Positions 17,933 through 29,363 of a DNA stretch of 48,753 nucleotides are shown here, piece after piece (position 1 is the stretch's first letter; each line of letters starts with the position of its first letter). The stretch spans positions 1 to 48,753 of the forward strand of contig CAJOPF010000121.1 of assembly GCA_905236205.1 (NCBI GenBank), in the 5' to 3' direction. Position numbers and translations under genes: made by a program. The DNA is from Candidatus Gastranaerophilales bacterium. Lineage in GTDB: Bacteria; Cyanobacteriota; Vampirovibrionia; Gastranaerophilales; Gastranaerophilaceae. The notes below the pieces were generated by a model, which saw only the letters and a program-made list of their open reading frames with translations, ran no database searches and was not told the origin of the DNA.

Positions 17933-19276
17933 GTGGTTAAAGAAAGATATCATTTTATAGCAATTGGCGGTATCGGAATGAGCGGTCTTGCAAAATATTT
18001 GTTGCAAGAGGGTTTTGAAGTTTCCGGCTCTGATATTATTGACAGCAAATATATTGCTGAATTAAAAAAGCTGGGCGCAAAAGTTTTTATTGGTCATGAT
18101 GAAAATAATCTTCCTGAAAACTGTGTTGTTGTTGCAAGTTCGGCTATAAAAGAGGATAATCCTGAAATCCAAAAAGCTAAAAGACTTAATCTGCCAATTT
18201 TACACCGCTCAGATGTATTAAAGACATTATCAGAACGCTCAAAATGTTTTATCGGTTATGCGGGTACACATGGAAAAACTACAACGAGCGGTCTTTCGGC
18301 TTATGTTACTGATAAAGCGGGACTTGAACCTTCCTACGTGGTAGGCGGAATTATACCTGATATTCATACAAATGCTAATTACAAAAGTGATAAGTATTTT
18401 ATTGCGGAATTGGATGAAAGTGACGGAACCGTTATAAAATACAACCCTGATATTCTTGTTATCAATAATCTTGAGGCTGACCATTTGGATTTTTATAAAA
18501 ACGGTTTGGAGTCTTTGGTTGAAACTTTTAATAAATTGATATCGCGATTTAACTCTAATCAAAAAGTGTTGATTAACAATGACTGTGAGGGTAATTTAAA
18601 GCTTAACGGCCACGATTTTATTACATACGGCTTAAATAATGCCGATTATGTTGCAAAGAATATTGTTTTGAAACCAACAGGGAGCAGTTTTGATGTTTAT
18701 TACAAAAACAATCTTCTGACAACCATAAATATTAAACTTTTGGGTAAACACAATGTAATAAATGCTCTTGCTGTTTTTGCAAGTTTATGCGAAGCAGGAG
18801 TTGATATTGAAAAAGTAAAAGAACATTTTTCAACGTTTACAGGTATGGGCAGACGTTTTCAACTTGTAGGAGAGATTGGGGGCGCTGTTATATATGATGA
18901 TTATGCTCACCATCCGACCGAAATAAAAGCTACACTTTCAGCTTTGGCAGAGTTTCCTGATAAGAATGTTATTGCTGTGTTTCAACCTCACAGATATACA
19001 AGATTACAAAGTCTTTGGGATGATTTTAAAAAATCTTTTGACGGCGTTTCAAAAGTTATAGTTACGGATGTTTTTGCTGCATCTGAGCCTCCAATTGACG
19101 GAATTAGCGGAGAAAATTTTGCAAAGGAATTGAATAATGCCGAATATGTTGCAGGTTCAATCTCTGATGTTGCGAAAGCTTTGTATCCGTCTTTAAGGGA
19201 AAATGACGTTGTTGTCGGACTCGGAGCAGGTACTATTACGGATTTAGGCAAATATTTGTTGAATTTGGATAAATAG
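17933..19276 (+). CDS. murC: UDP-N-acetylmuramate--L-alanine ligase
   Basis: 447 aa with HFIAIGGIGMSGLAKYL, the Mur ligase P-loop GTHGKTTT, and DDYAHHPTE. GTG start. Confidence 0.92.
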   Translation: MVKERYHFIAIGGIGMSGLAKYLLQEGFEVSGSDIIDSKYIAELKKLGAKVFIGHDENNLPENCVVVASSAIKEDNPEIQKAKRLNLPILHRSDVLKTLSERSKCFIGYAGTHGKTTTSGLSAYVTDKAGLEPSYVVGGIIPDIHTNANYKSDKYFIAELDESDGTVIKYNPDILVINNLEADHLDFYKNGLESLVETFNKLISRFNSNQKVLINNDCEGNLKLNGHDFITYGLNNADYVAKNIVLKPTGSSFDVYYKNNLLTTINIKLLGKHNVINALAVFASLCEAGVDIEKVKEHFSTFTGMGRRFQLVGEIGGAVIYDDYAHHPTEIKATLSALAEFPDKNVIAVFQPHRYTRLQSLWDDFKKSFDGVSKVIVTDVFAASEPPIDGISGENFAKELNNAEYVAGSISDVAKALYPSLRENDVVVGLGAGTITDLGKYLLNLDK

Positions 19277-19277
19277 A

Positions 19278-20183
19278 ATGGATATTGAAGTTAAACATAA
19301 TTTTAACGCAAAAAATCTGACTTCATTTAAAGTCAGCGGAAATATTAAAAATGCTTATTTCCCTAAAAGTATTGATGAGTTGCTTTATTTGTTAAAAAAA
19401 CTGGAAAATCCTGTTGTATTAGGAAATTGTTCAAATGTTTTGATATCTTCTTATGGTTATAATGGTGATGTTATTTTTACTCATAAATGCAATAAGATAA
19501 CATTTGATAAAAATAAAGTCTATGCTCAGTGCGGGGCAAAAATACAAATGGCATCAAAACTTGCCTGTGAACATTCTTTAAGCGGTTTTGAATTTATGAT
19601 AGGTTTTCCAGCTTCAATCGGCGGTGCTGTTTTTATGAACGCCTCTGCGCATAGTCAGGCAATAAGTGATTGCTTTTTATCTGCGGATATTTTTGATTTA
19701 GATAAAAAAGAAGTTTTAAAACTAACAAAAAATGAAATGCAATTTGATTACAGAAAATCTGTTTGTCAGAATAAAAATTATGTTGTACTGTCTGCGGAAT
19801 TTGAACTTGTTGAGGATGAAAAATCAAAAATACAGGAGCGGATGAACAATAATTTGGAATTTAGAAAATCGCATCAGCCGTCATTAGCTCTGCCAAATTG
19901 CGGAAGTGTGTTTAAAAATCCGATAAATAATTCTGCGGGTAAGTTGCTTGACGAGTCAGGAGCTAAAACATTTTTCGTCGGCGGTGCAAAGGTTTGGGAA
20001 AATCATGCGAACTTTATTATAAATCATAATAATGCCACTTCTGAAGATATTTTAAATTTAATGATATTGTTATACAATAAAGTCAAGTTAACACATCATA
20101 TTGAACTTAAGCCTGAAGTTATGTATATAGGCAATAATTCATCAAAAGAGGAAAAGATATGGAAAATATTAGTGCAAAAATAG
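19278..20183 (+). CDS. murB: UDP-N-acetylenolpyruvoylglucosamine reductase
   Basis: 301 aa with an FAD-binding-type N-terminal region (GNCSNVLIS), GGAVFMNASA and CGSVFKNP. It starts 1 nt after the murC stop. Confidence 0.9.
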   Translation: MDIEVKHNFNAKNLTSFKVSGNIKNAYFPKSIDELLYLLKKLENPVVLGNCSNVLISSYGYNGDVIFTHKCNKITFDKNKVYAQCGAKIQMASKLACEHSLSGFEFMIGFPASIGGAVFMNASAHSQAISDCFLSADIFDLDKKEVLKLTKNEMQFDYRKSVCQNKNYVVLSAEFELVEDEKSKIQERMNNNLEFRKSHQPSLALPNCGSVFKNPINNSAGKLLDESGAKTFFVGGAKVWENHANFIINHNNATSEDILNLMILLYNKVKLTHHIELKPEVMYIGNNSSKEEKIWKILVQK

Positions 20184-21109
20184 ATAAAAAAACTAAAATA
20201 GGCGTTTTGTGCGGTGGTATGTCTTCCGAAAAAGATGTATCAATGCGCTCAGGTAAAAATTGTTACGAAGCTATAAAACGCTTGGGGTACGATAATGCCG
20301 AATTGATTGTTGTTGATGAAAATATTGCACAAACTCTCAATGAAAAACAAATTGAAATTGCCTATATTGCACTGCATGGAAAGTATGGCGAAGACGGCTG
20401 TATTCAGGGCTTATTGGAAATATTAAAAATACCATATACAGGATGCGGAGTTATGGCTTCTTCTATTTGCATGAACAAAGAATATACAAAGCGGGTTCTT
20501 TCAACTTGTCCTGAAATCCCTTTGATTAAATCTGTTTTTGTAAAAAAAGGTGATGATGTTTTTGAAAAAACAAAAACTTTGAAATATCCTTTAATAACAA
20601 AGCCTGTAAGCGAGGGCTCAAGTTTTGGAATGACAAAAGTAAATGCTTTGAATGAACTGGAAAAAGCATATAATGAAGCTGTGAAATATAATAATGACGT
20701 TCTAATCGAGGAATTTATCGACGGCTATTTTGTAACGGTTGGGGTATTAGAAAATGAAGGTAATGTTTTTGCCACAGAAATACTTGAAATTCGTACAAAA
20801 ACCGAATGGTATGATTTTGATGCTAAATATACAAAAGGTTTGTCAGAGTTTATTTTACCTGCAAATTTAGATGCACAGACAACGGCTTTAATAAAAGATT
20901 TATCTATTAAAGCTCACGTTACTGCTGGTTGCAGCGGTGTATCAAGAGTTGATTTTATGATAAAAGATAATCAACCTTACTTTTTGGAAATTAACACAAG
21001 TCCGGGAATGACGGATACAAGTGATTTACCTGCTCAGGCAAATGTTATGGGTATTGATTATGATAAACTTGTTTTACTTATTTTAAACAGTGCAGGATTA
21101 AATAAATAA
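20159..21109 (+). CDS. ddl: D-alanine--D-alanine ligase
   Basis: 316 aa with GVLCGGMSSEKDVS, ALHGKYGEDGCIQGLLE, an ATP-grasp region and EINTSPGMT. It overlaps the murB 3' end by 25 nt and has an AGAGGA SD. Confidence 0.92.
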   Translation: MENISAKIDKKTKIGVLCGGMSSEKDVSMRSGKNCYEAIKRLGYDNAELIVVDENIAQTLNEKQIEIAYIALHGKYGEDGCIQGLLEILKIPYTGCGVMASSICMNKEYTKRVLSTCPEIPLIKSVFVKKGDDVFEKTKTLKYPLITKPVSEGSSFGMTKVNALNELEKAYNEAVKYNNDVLIEEFIDGYFVTVGVLENEGNVFATEILEIRTKTEWYDFDAKYTKGLSEFILPANLDAQTTALIKDLSIKAHVTAGCSGVSRVDFMIKDNQPYFLEINTSPGMTDTSDLPAQANVMGIDYDKLVLLILNSAGLNK

Positions 21110-21987
21110 TGGCTGATGATAAAAAACAAGAACATGAAGATGTTGAATATAGTAACGAATATATTCAAACTCGTATAAGAAGAAATAAGCAGGAAAGAAG
21201 CGTTAGACGCACAAACATGTGGATGCGCAGATTTAAAGTGTTTTTGCGATTTTTAACGATATTAATCCTTATGTTTTTGTGCTACAAACTGATTAGGATG
21301 CACCAATGGTATATGTCACCAAGAGCGTTTGATTCCGTAAGAAGTCCTTATTTAGAAATATTGAATAATAAAATTGTTCCGGATTATTATATTTTGGCAG
21401 CTTTAAGGAAAAATGAAGTTCCAACAGTTCCTATTTATATGTTTAACACTGATGAAATTAAAAAAAGTATAATGCAGCTTGACCCTGTCGAAAATGTTTA
21501 TATCAGGAGATTTTGGTTTCCTGCAAGATTACAAATTATAGTGCAGGAGCGAGAGCCTGTAATTTCAATAGCTCCTGATGAAAATGTCGAATCTATTGCA
21601 TTTTTTTCTAAAGGCGGTAAGTTGATAGGCAGAGATTATTTACCGTTAAATCCGTCTTTTAAAACAATAAAAGTTCTTACTTACGGAACAAAAGGAGATG
21701 ATTACAGACATTGGGATAAGCAACGGGTTGAATTTATTGAAAAAGTCGCAAAAACTGTAAAAAATGTATCTAAAGAACCTCTTGATTTTATTGATTTAAG
21801 AGATCCTAAGGATGTTTATTTGGAAATAAACGGACTTAGAATACGTTTGGGTGAACTTGATGATGCTTGTTTTGAACGGATTATGCGTCTTCCTTCAATA
21901 ATGCCTCAGATTCAAACTTTAGATAAGAAAATTAAATATATTGATTTAAGATGGAAGGACGCAAGTTACATAAAACTTGATGAATAG
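21109..21987 (+). CDS. ftsQ: Cell division protein FtsQ/DivIB-like (POTRA domain)
   Basis: 292 aa with a basic N-terminus, a single TM segment (FLRFLTILILMFLCY) and a POTRA-like block (YLEILNNKIVP...VENVYIRRFWFPARLQIIVQEREPV). Its position after ddl is typical of dcw clusters. TAATG overlap with ddl. Confidence 0.7.
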   Translation: MADDKKQEHEDVEYSNEYIQTRIRRNKQERSVRRTNMWMRRFKVFLRFLTILILMFLCYKLIRMHQWYMSPRAFDSVRSPYLEILNNKIVPDYYILAALRKNEVPTVPIYMFNTDEIKKSIMQLDPVENVYIRRFWFPARLQIIVQEREPVISIAPDENVESIAFFSKGGKLIGRDYLPLNPSFKTIKVLTYGTKGDDYRHWDKQRVEFIEKVAKTVKNVSKEPLDFIDLRDPKDVYLEINGLRIRLGELDDACFERIMRLPSIMPQIQTLDKKIKYIDLRWKDASYIKLDE

Positions 21988-23394
21988 GTGATTAAGGTGA
22001 ATATTACAGTTGCACAGGTAAAATATAAATGTGCTAATTTTGATTTTAATTATGAAAATATAATTAAAAATTATGATGAAAATGCGGATTTTGTTATTTA
22101 TCCTGAAATTGAAACAACTTCTTCAATGGCTTTTGACAGTAATTATCAAGATGCTAAAAAGGTTTTTTATGAAAAATTGTGCAAAACTTTTTCAAAAAAA
22201 GTTGTTTTAATCGGGAAAAATTTGATAAAAAACGGTAAAATATATGAATTATCCAATGCATATTTTGATTTATGCGGTAAAAAAATTTATGTAAGTGATG
22301 TTTATAAAGAAGATATTGATTGTGATTTATATGTATTGGCTAAAAATCAATATTACACTATGAATTCTCACAAGAGTTTTGTAGAAAGTATTGTTACTAA
22401 GAGTGATTTTATTTGTATAAATACTATAATGCTTGAAAATGAAAATGTTTATGTCGGTCAAAGTTTTGTTAAAAATGCAAAAAACGAAATTGTTGAACAA
22501 TTCCCGATTTTAGACGAAAAAATATTATCTGTTGATTTTTCAAAACAAAAATCTCCTGTTTCTTTAGCTCTTGAAGAAGAAATTTTTAAAGTTACAACTT
22601 ATGCACTCAGAGAATATTGTGAAAACACAGGTTTTAAAAAAGTTATATTAGGTCTTTCGGGCGGAATTGATTCTGCTCTTGTTGCAACGTTAGCAGCTTC
22701 TGCTGTGGGTGCGGAAAATGTTTACACAATAATGCTTCCAAGTAAGTATTCAAGTGAAGGTAGTATAAAGAATTCCGAAAAACTTGTTAAGAATTTAGGT
22801 ATTAACGTTACAGAAATTTCCATTTCTCCGCTTTTTCAATGTTTTATGGACAATGTTGCAAAAGAATATAAAGCAGATTTGGCAGAAGAAAATTTGCAAT
22901 CACGCTTACGCGGTTTGATTTTGATGTTCTTTTCAAACAGAGATAATTGTTTACTTCTTTCAACGGGTAATAAGTCAGAAGTCGCTTGCGGGTACGGAAC
23001 ATTATACGGAGATATGTGCGGCGGCTTAAATATTATTGCGGATTTAACAAAAACGAATGTTTATAAGCTGGCAAATTGGATAAATAAAGATGAAGAAATA
23101 ATTCCGAAAGAAATCATTGAAAAGGCTCCTTCTGCAGAATTGAGACCAAACCAAAAAGACAGCGATTCTTTACCTGAGTATGATATTTTAGATAAAATTA
23201 TAGAGGATTATATTGAAAATCAAATTTCTTACGCTGATTTAATTTCAAAATATAATAAAGAAATTGTTGATAAGACAATAAAATTAGTTTACAGAGCACA
23301 ATTTAAAAGAAATCAGGCTTGTCTTGGCATAAGACTGACGGAAAATGCTTTTTGTTCAAATATTAAATTACCGATTATTCAAGCTGTTTACTAA
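21988..23394 (+). CDS. nadE: NAD+ synthetase with shortened, apparently degenerate N-terminal CN-hydrolase-like domain
   Basis: 468 aa. PP-loop LGLSGGIDSALVA sits at about aa 221-233, with NadE synthetase blocks (LSTGNKSE, GYGTLYGD, PSAELRP). The N-terminal region of about 195 aa resembles the glutaminase domain but is short. Track start is GTG at 21988. GTG at 21997 has a better-placed AGGTGA. Confidence 0.85.
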   Translation: MIKVNITVAQVKYKCANFDFNYENIIKNYDENADFVIYPEIETTSSMAFDSNYQDAKKVFYEKLCKTFSKKVVLIGKNLIKNGKIYELSNAYFDLCGKKIYVSDVYKEDIDCDLYVLAKNQYYTMNSHKSFVESIVTKSDFICINTIMLENENVYVGQSFVKNAKNEIVEQFPILDEKILSVDFSKQKSPVSLALEEEIFKVTTYALREYCENTGFKKVILGLSGGIDSALVATLAASAVGAENVYTIMLPSKYSSEGSIKNSEKLVKNLGINVTEISISPLFQCFMDNVAKEYKADLAEENLQSRLRGLILMFFSNRDNCLLLSTGNKSEVACGYGTLYGDMCGGLNIIADLTKTNVYKLANWINKDEEIIPKEIIEKAPSAELRPNQKDSDSLPEYDILDKIIEDYIENQISYADLISKYNKEIVDKTIKLVYRAQFKRNQACLGIRLTENAFCSNIKLPIIQAVY

Positions 23395-23412
23395 ACATTT
23401 CGTTAAAAAAAA

Positions 23413-23441
23413 TTGATATTTTTGTGTAAAAGTATTACAAT
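23413..23441 (+). promoter_or_regulatory. Candidate sigma-70 promoter of the DAACS transporter gene
   Basis: TTGATA (23413-23418) - 17 nt - TACAAT (23436-23441), about 33 nt upstream of the ATG at 23474. Confidence 0.4.
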
Positions 23442-23473
23442 TATCTCACAATAGTAAAAAGGATTTAATTTTC

Positions 23474-24785
23474 ATGAAAATACATATGCAGGTTATGATT
23501 GCCGTCGGTTTGGGGTTAAAACGAAACTGGCACATATTTTTCGGTATTATTGCGGGTATCTTTGCAGGGATATTGTTGCAAGGACATCAAGATTCAATGA
23601 TTTATAAAGCCTTGATTTTTGTAGGACAGGCATTTATCAGATTGATTCAGATGGTTGTAATTCCTCTTGTTGTGTCGGCTGTTATAATTGGTATCGCAAG
23701 TATCGGTGATAATAAGCAGCTTGGCAAATTTGGCGTAAAAATGGTTGTATATTACGGTATTATAACCGTAACCGCGGTAACAATAGGTTTGTCTCTTGCT
23801 TTGGCAATACAACCTGGACAAGGTGCAGAGCAATATATTGACGCTCAGGTTGCTGGAGAAATTCAACAGCAAGTTTCGGCAACAATTGAAAATCAAAGAG
23901 AAAATCTTTTGAATATTATACTTGAATTTTTGCCTAAGAATCCTTTTTCTTCTCTTGCTATGGGTGATATGGTTCCTATTCTTGTATTTACACTGTTGTT
24001 TGCAATTGCTCTTTCAAAGATTGGAGAAATCAGCAGACCTGTAATATCATTTTTTGAATCTATATTTGCGGCAACTATGAAAGTAACCGACTGGATAATG
24101 TTTTTGGCTGCTCCAGGGGTTTTTGCATTAACAGCAACCTCTATTGCAAGCTTTGGTTTGGATATATTTTCAAGTATTTCAAAATATTTACTTGTAGTTG
24201 CTTTAGGATTAGGTATACAGTTCTTTGTAGTGTATCCTTTATTTTTAAGAATATTTTCAAAAGTTCCGGTATTTATGCTATATGCCGCTATGACAGAGGC
24301 AATGATGGTTGCATTTGGTACTGCAAGTTCTTCTGCAACTCTGCCTTTGACAATTGCATGCTGTGAAAAAAGAGGTATTTCTCATAAAATTGCAAGCTTT
24401 ATTTTACCGCTTGGCGCAACATTGAATATGGACGGTACTGCTATGGTACAGATTATTGCAGTGTTGTTTTTAGCTCAGGCTTATGGCGTTGATTTATCAT
24501 TTTTTATGCTTTTACAAATATTTATTTTGACTATTGTTGCATCAAGCACTTGTGCGGGTATTCCAGGTACAGGTTTGATTACAATTGTTCTTGTATTGAA
24601 CGGTATGGGCTTAACTCCAGAACAGCTAATTTCGGGCTTTGCGCTGCTTTATACAATGGACAGAATAACAGATATGCTTCGTACAATGGTAAATGTTACG
24701 TCTGATGCTGTTGTTGCAGCTGCAATTGCTGATAATGAAAATGAAATTAACTATGATTTATTAAATAATCCTGAAAATTATAACG

Positions 24786-24796
<11 letters not shown>
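23474..24796 (+). CDS. Dicarboxylate/amino acid:cation symporter (DAACS/GltP family)
   Basis: 440 aa, polytopic, with the family hallmarks GTASSSATLPLT and LGATLNMDGTA. Downstream in-frame ATGs at 23486 and 23495 are alternative starts. Confidence 0.85.
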
Positions 24797-26713
<1,917 letters not shown>

Positions 26714-26764
26714 TCTATTACCTCTTTCTATTGTTTATTTTTTTTACATTACATCATAAAAATG

Positions 26765-26795
26765 TGTTAAAGTAAACATAAAAATATGATATAAT
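26765..26795 (+). promoter_or_regulatory. Candidate extended -10 promoter of the 26812-29044 operon
   Basis: TGATATAAT (TG-n-TATAAT; TATAAT at 26790-26795) with only a weak -35 (TGTTAA/TTAAAG), about 17 nt upstream of the ATG at 26812. Confidence 0.35.
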
Positions 26796-26811
26796 ATTTT
26801 AAGAGGTAGTT

Positions 26812-27813
26812 ATGGAAAATCAAAAATTTCAAATTATATTTTTAATTGTAATGTTGTTTATAGGTGTTTATTTCTTTAAACAAGGTGATTTAGCTAATAC
26901 TGCCAATATTTCTAATGTTGCTAATGTGTCTGAAACATCTGATACTGTTTCAGATGCGGTTATGACACATGAAATAAAAAAAGAAGAAAATCAAAACTCT
27001 GATAAATCTCAAAAAAGTAAATATAAGGTTTTTGCGCCAACTATTCCTTCCGACATAAAAGAAGTTCCTGTAAATCCGCCTGTAGCTTTAAGCGGAAAAT
27101 CAAAATCAGAAGTTTATAATATAAGAAAACATTATGTAAAATCTTCTGTTTTTGCAAAATCAGGTTATGAACCGTCAGAACAAGTTTTTGGTTCAATTGA
27201 AAGCGGAAAGCCGTGGATTTCAGCTAATGTTTGTGCAGAACCTCAAACCGGTTTGTTAGGTATTTCCGGCCCGTCTGAAGAATCAAGATTTATAAATAAT
27301 CCGACAATGCTTGTTGCAATTGAATATCCTTTTATAGTTCATTATACTGATGCTGATAATTGTTCAAGCTCTCGTGCGGAACTTATACCAAGAACAATCG
27401 TTTATTCACCTTCTAAAAAAGAAATTATAGTCGAATATTTCCACCTTCCGTTTACAACCAATAAGAATGCCTCTTTTTACAGCTTTAACGGTCTTAATGC
27501 CGTAGATATGGGGTATAAATATGCATATATTGATAAATCAAAATCTACTTACCCTGTAGATTTTATAAATTCTGATAATTTGAGCAATTCTGTTCATGAG
27601 TTTCAAAATTATCTTCATGTCGGTGGTTCATGCGGTCGTAACGGTGGATGTAATAACGGCTCGCCAAGGCAAGGTTTTGCTGAATTCAAATCTAATGCCA
27701 CAGAATATAATTACAAAAACAGGGAAATTTATATTAAATTATGGAAGTCTCACCCTAATTCACCAAATGACCCTGCTGATATAGTAGAACGTATTATTTT
27801 AAAATGGTCTTGA
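26812..27813 (+). CDS. Hypothetical membrane-anchored/secreted protein (333 aa)
   Basis: Strong SD (AAGAGG). N-terminal hydrophobic anchor (FQIIFLIVMLFIGVYFF), a Ser/Asn/Thr-rich linker, then a domain of about 240 aa with a Cys/Gly-rich patch (HVGGSCGRNGGCNNGSPRQ). I recognise no family. Confidence 0.6.
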   Translation: MENQKFQIIFLIVMLFIGVYFFKQGDLANTANISNVANVSETSDTVSDAVMTHEIKKEENQNSDKSQKSKYKVFAPTIPSDIKEVPVNPPVALSGKSKSEVYNIRKHYVKSSVFAKSGYEPSEQVFGSIESGKPWISANVCAEPQTGLLGISGPSEESRFINNPTMLVAIEYPFIVHYTDADNCSSSRAELIPRTIVYSPSKKEIIVEYFHLPFTTNKNASFYSFNGLNAVDMGYKYAYIDKSKSTYPVDFINSDNLSNSVHEFQNYLHVGGSCGRNGGCNNGSPRQGFAEFKSNATEYNYKNREIYIKLWKSHPNSPNDPADIVERIILKWS

Positions 27814-27817
27814 TGTT

Positions 27818-28423
27818 ATGAAAAAACTTTTAATTACTTTTATTATTTTTATTTTTTGTCAAACTTGCGCTTTAGCAGAAACTATTGTTGTGCAAGCATT
27901 AGATGATATTTCTACGGAAAATCCTGCTAACAGTGTTACTCTTAAAGTTCTTACAAATATTAAGTTTGATGAGAATTTTTCTCTCAAATCGGGTGATATT
28001 GTTAAAGGTGATATTATAAATGTTACCGATCCGCAGCGATTAAAACGTGATGCAACATTTTCATATAAAATCAATTCGGTTTTAGTCAGTCATAAGTGGA
28101 TTCCTGTTGATGGCGATTATGTTGGTGCGTATACTACAAAATTAAACAAAGCTGATATTGCAAAATCTGCTGTATTGAGTGTCGGAAGTTATTTTGTAAA
28201 GGGTTTACCACTAGGTTATTACGCTGTGGAAGGCGCAGTTAAAAATGAAAATGATAAGATGTTGGAATCTTCTGCTAAAAATGTTTATGAAAATTCACCA
28301 CTATCTTATGTTGAAAAAGGTGAGGAGTTGTATATAAAAAAAGGTGAATTATTTTATTTGAAATTCAAAATAAACAAAAATACAAACGAAGATGAAATAC
28401 CTAAAACTGATAACGAGGAATAA
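27818..28423 (+). CDS. Hypothetical secreted protein, paralogue A (201 aa)
   Basis: Signal peptide (LLITFIIFIFCQTCALA), starting 4 nt after the preceding stop. It shares several motifs with the next ORF: ALDD, RLK.DA.F, EGA, EKG.ELYI.K. Confidence 0.6.
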   Translation: MKKLLITFIIFIFCQTCALAETIVVQALDDISTENPANSVTLKVLTNIKFDENFSLKSGDIVKGDIINVTDPQRLKRDATFSYKINSVLVSHKWIPVDGDYVGAYTTKLNKADIAKSAVLSVGSYFVKGLPLGYYAVEGAVKNENDKMLESSAKNVYENSPLSYVEKGEELYIKKGELFYLKFKINKNTNEDEIPKTDNEE

Positions 28424-28429
28424 TCTGTT

Positions 28430-29044
28430 ATGATAAAAAAAATATTATCTGTCTTTTTAGCAGTTATTTTACAATCATTCTTTCTTTTAGCGGATGCTAA
28501 AACTGTTAAAGTTATTGCCTTGGATGATTTTTACAGTGTAAAACCTCCTTACAATTTCAATGTTAAATTGGTTGAACCTCTTCAAATTTCTGATACTCGT
28601 GTTTTATACCCGTCAATTATTTTGAGCGGATATATTTATAAAACAATTCCGCCAAAAAGACTTAAGCAAGATGCAAATTTTGTTTTTATTCCGACAAGTT
28701 ATATTGATTCTCAAAATAAATCAAACAGTATAAATAATATTGTTGCAACTTATTCAAATAAGGTAAATAAAACTGAATTAGTTGTAAGTTCGGCTCTTGT
28801 TTTTACCTTTGGTCTTATTCCTGCTTTATTGGCTACGACAGGATTTTTTGCCGCAGAGGGGGCAATAAATGATAAAACAGGTGATAAGTTATCTTCTTCT
28901 GTTAATAATGCTTATGATAAATCGTTTTTATCTCTGGGAGAAAAAGGTAAGGAATTATATATAAGGAAAAATCAGGAATTTTTGCTAAATATAGCGATAA
29001 TAAGAGAACAAGCGCCAAATTACAGCTATACGCAGGGGCGTTAA
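28430..29044 (+). CDS. Hypothetical secreted protein, paralogue B (204 aa)
   Basis: Signal peptide (ILSVFLAVILQSFFLLADA) and GAGGA SD 6 nt after the preceding stop. The motifs are collinear with paralogue A: VIALDD, PKRLKQDANF, AAEGAINDK, LSLGEKGKELYIRK. Confidence 0.6.
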   Translation: MIKKILSVFLAVILQSFFLLADAKTVKVIALDDFYSVKPPYNFNVKLVEPLQISDTRVLYPSIILSGYIYKTIPPKRLKQDANFVFIPTSYIDSQNKSNSINNIVATYSNKVNKTELVVSSALVFTFGLIPALLATTGFFAAEGAINDKTGDKLSSSVNNAYDKSFLSLGEKGKELYIRKNQEFLLNIAIIREQAPNYSYTQGR

Positions 29045-29058
29045 TTATCCTCTGTTTG

Positions 29059-29096
29059 CATGATACATGTCATGTAAAACATGGCTAACATGCATG
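29059..29096. repeat. Cluster of six CATG palindromes, including a CATGTCAT direct repeat
   Basis: CATG occurs at 29059, 29066, 29071, 29080, 29089 and 29093. CATGTCAT occurs at 29066-29073 and 29093-29100. The cluster lies between the paralogue B stop and the SD of the next small ORF. Confidence 0.6.
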
Positions 29097-29114
29097 TCAT
29101 ACGGGGGATACATT

Positions 29115-29363
29115 ATGAAAGATATCGTTAAAAACCTAAATGCACAAATTGAATCTTTGGAGAGTGATGCTTATTTTTATGAAATGCAGATAAAATTTAT
29201 CACTTATTTGCAAGAAACATCTCCTGAGGTTGAACAGGAAATGGAAGGTTCTTCTTTTGAGGAAATTATTGCTGAGGACAAGTTTTTAAAAGAAAAAATC
29301 TTACAAAAAATTGCAGCACTAAATGTTCAAATCAAAAATCTGACTAATGAAAAAGCAGGTTAA
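29115..29363 (+). CDS. Hypothetical small coiled-coil protein (82 aa)
   Basis: ATG at 29115 is preceded by GGGGGA at the right spacing, whereas the track start at 29067 has no SD. The sequence is heptad-like and Glu/Lys/Gln-rich. Confidence 0.45.
   Translation: MKDIVKNLNAQIESLESDAYFYEMQIKFITYLQETSPEVEQEMEGSSFEEIIAEDKFLKEKILQKIAALNVQIKNLTNEKAG

Noticed and set aside
29067-29114. The ORF-track start (ATG at 29067) for the small ORF ending at 29363.
   Set aside because: That ATG is one of several created by the CATG cluster and has no SD. The in-frame ATG at 29115 follows GGGGGA at proper spacing, so the shorter ORF is preferred, although this remains unproven.
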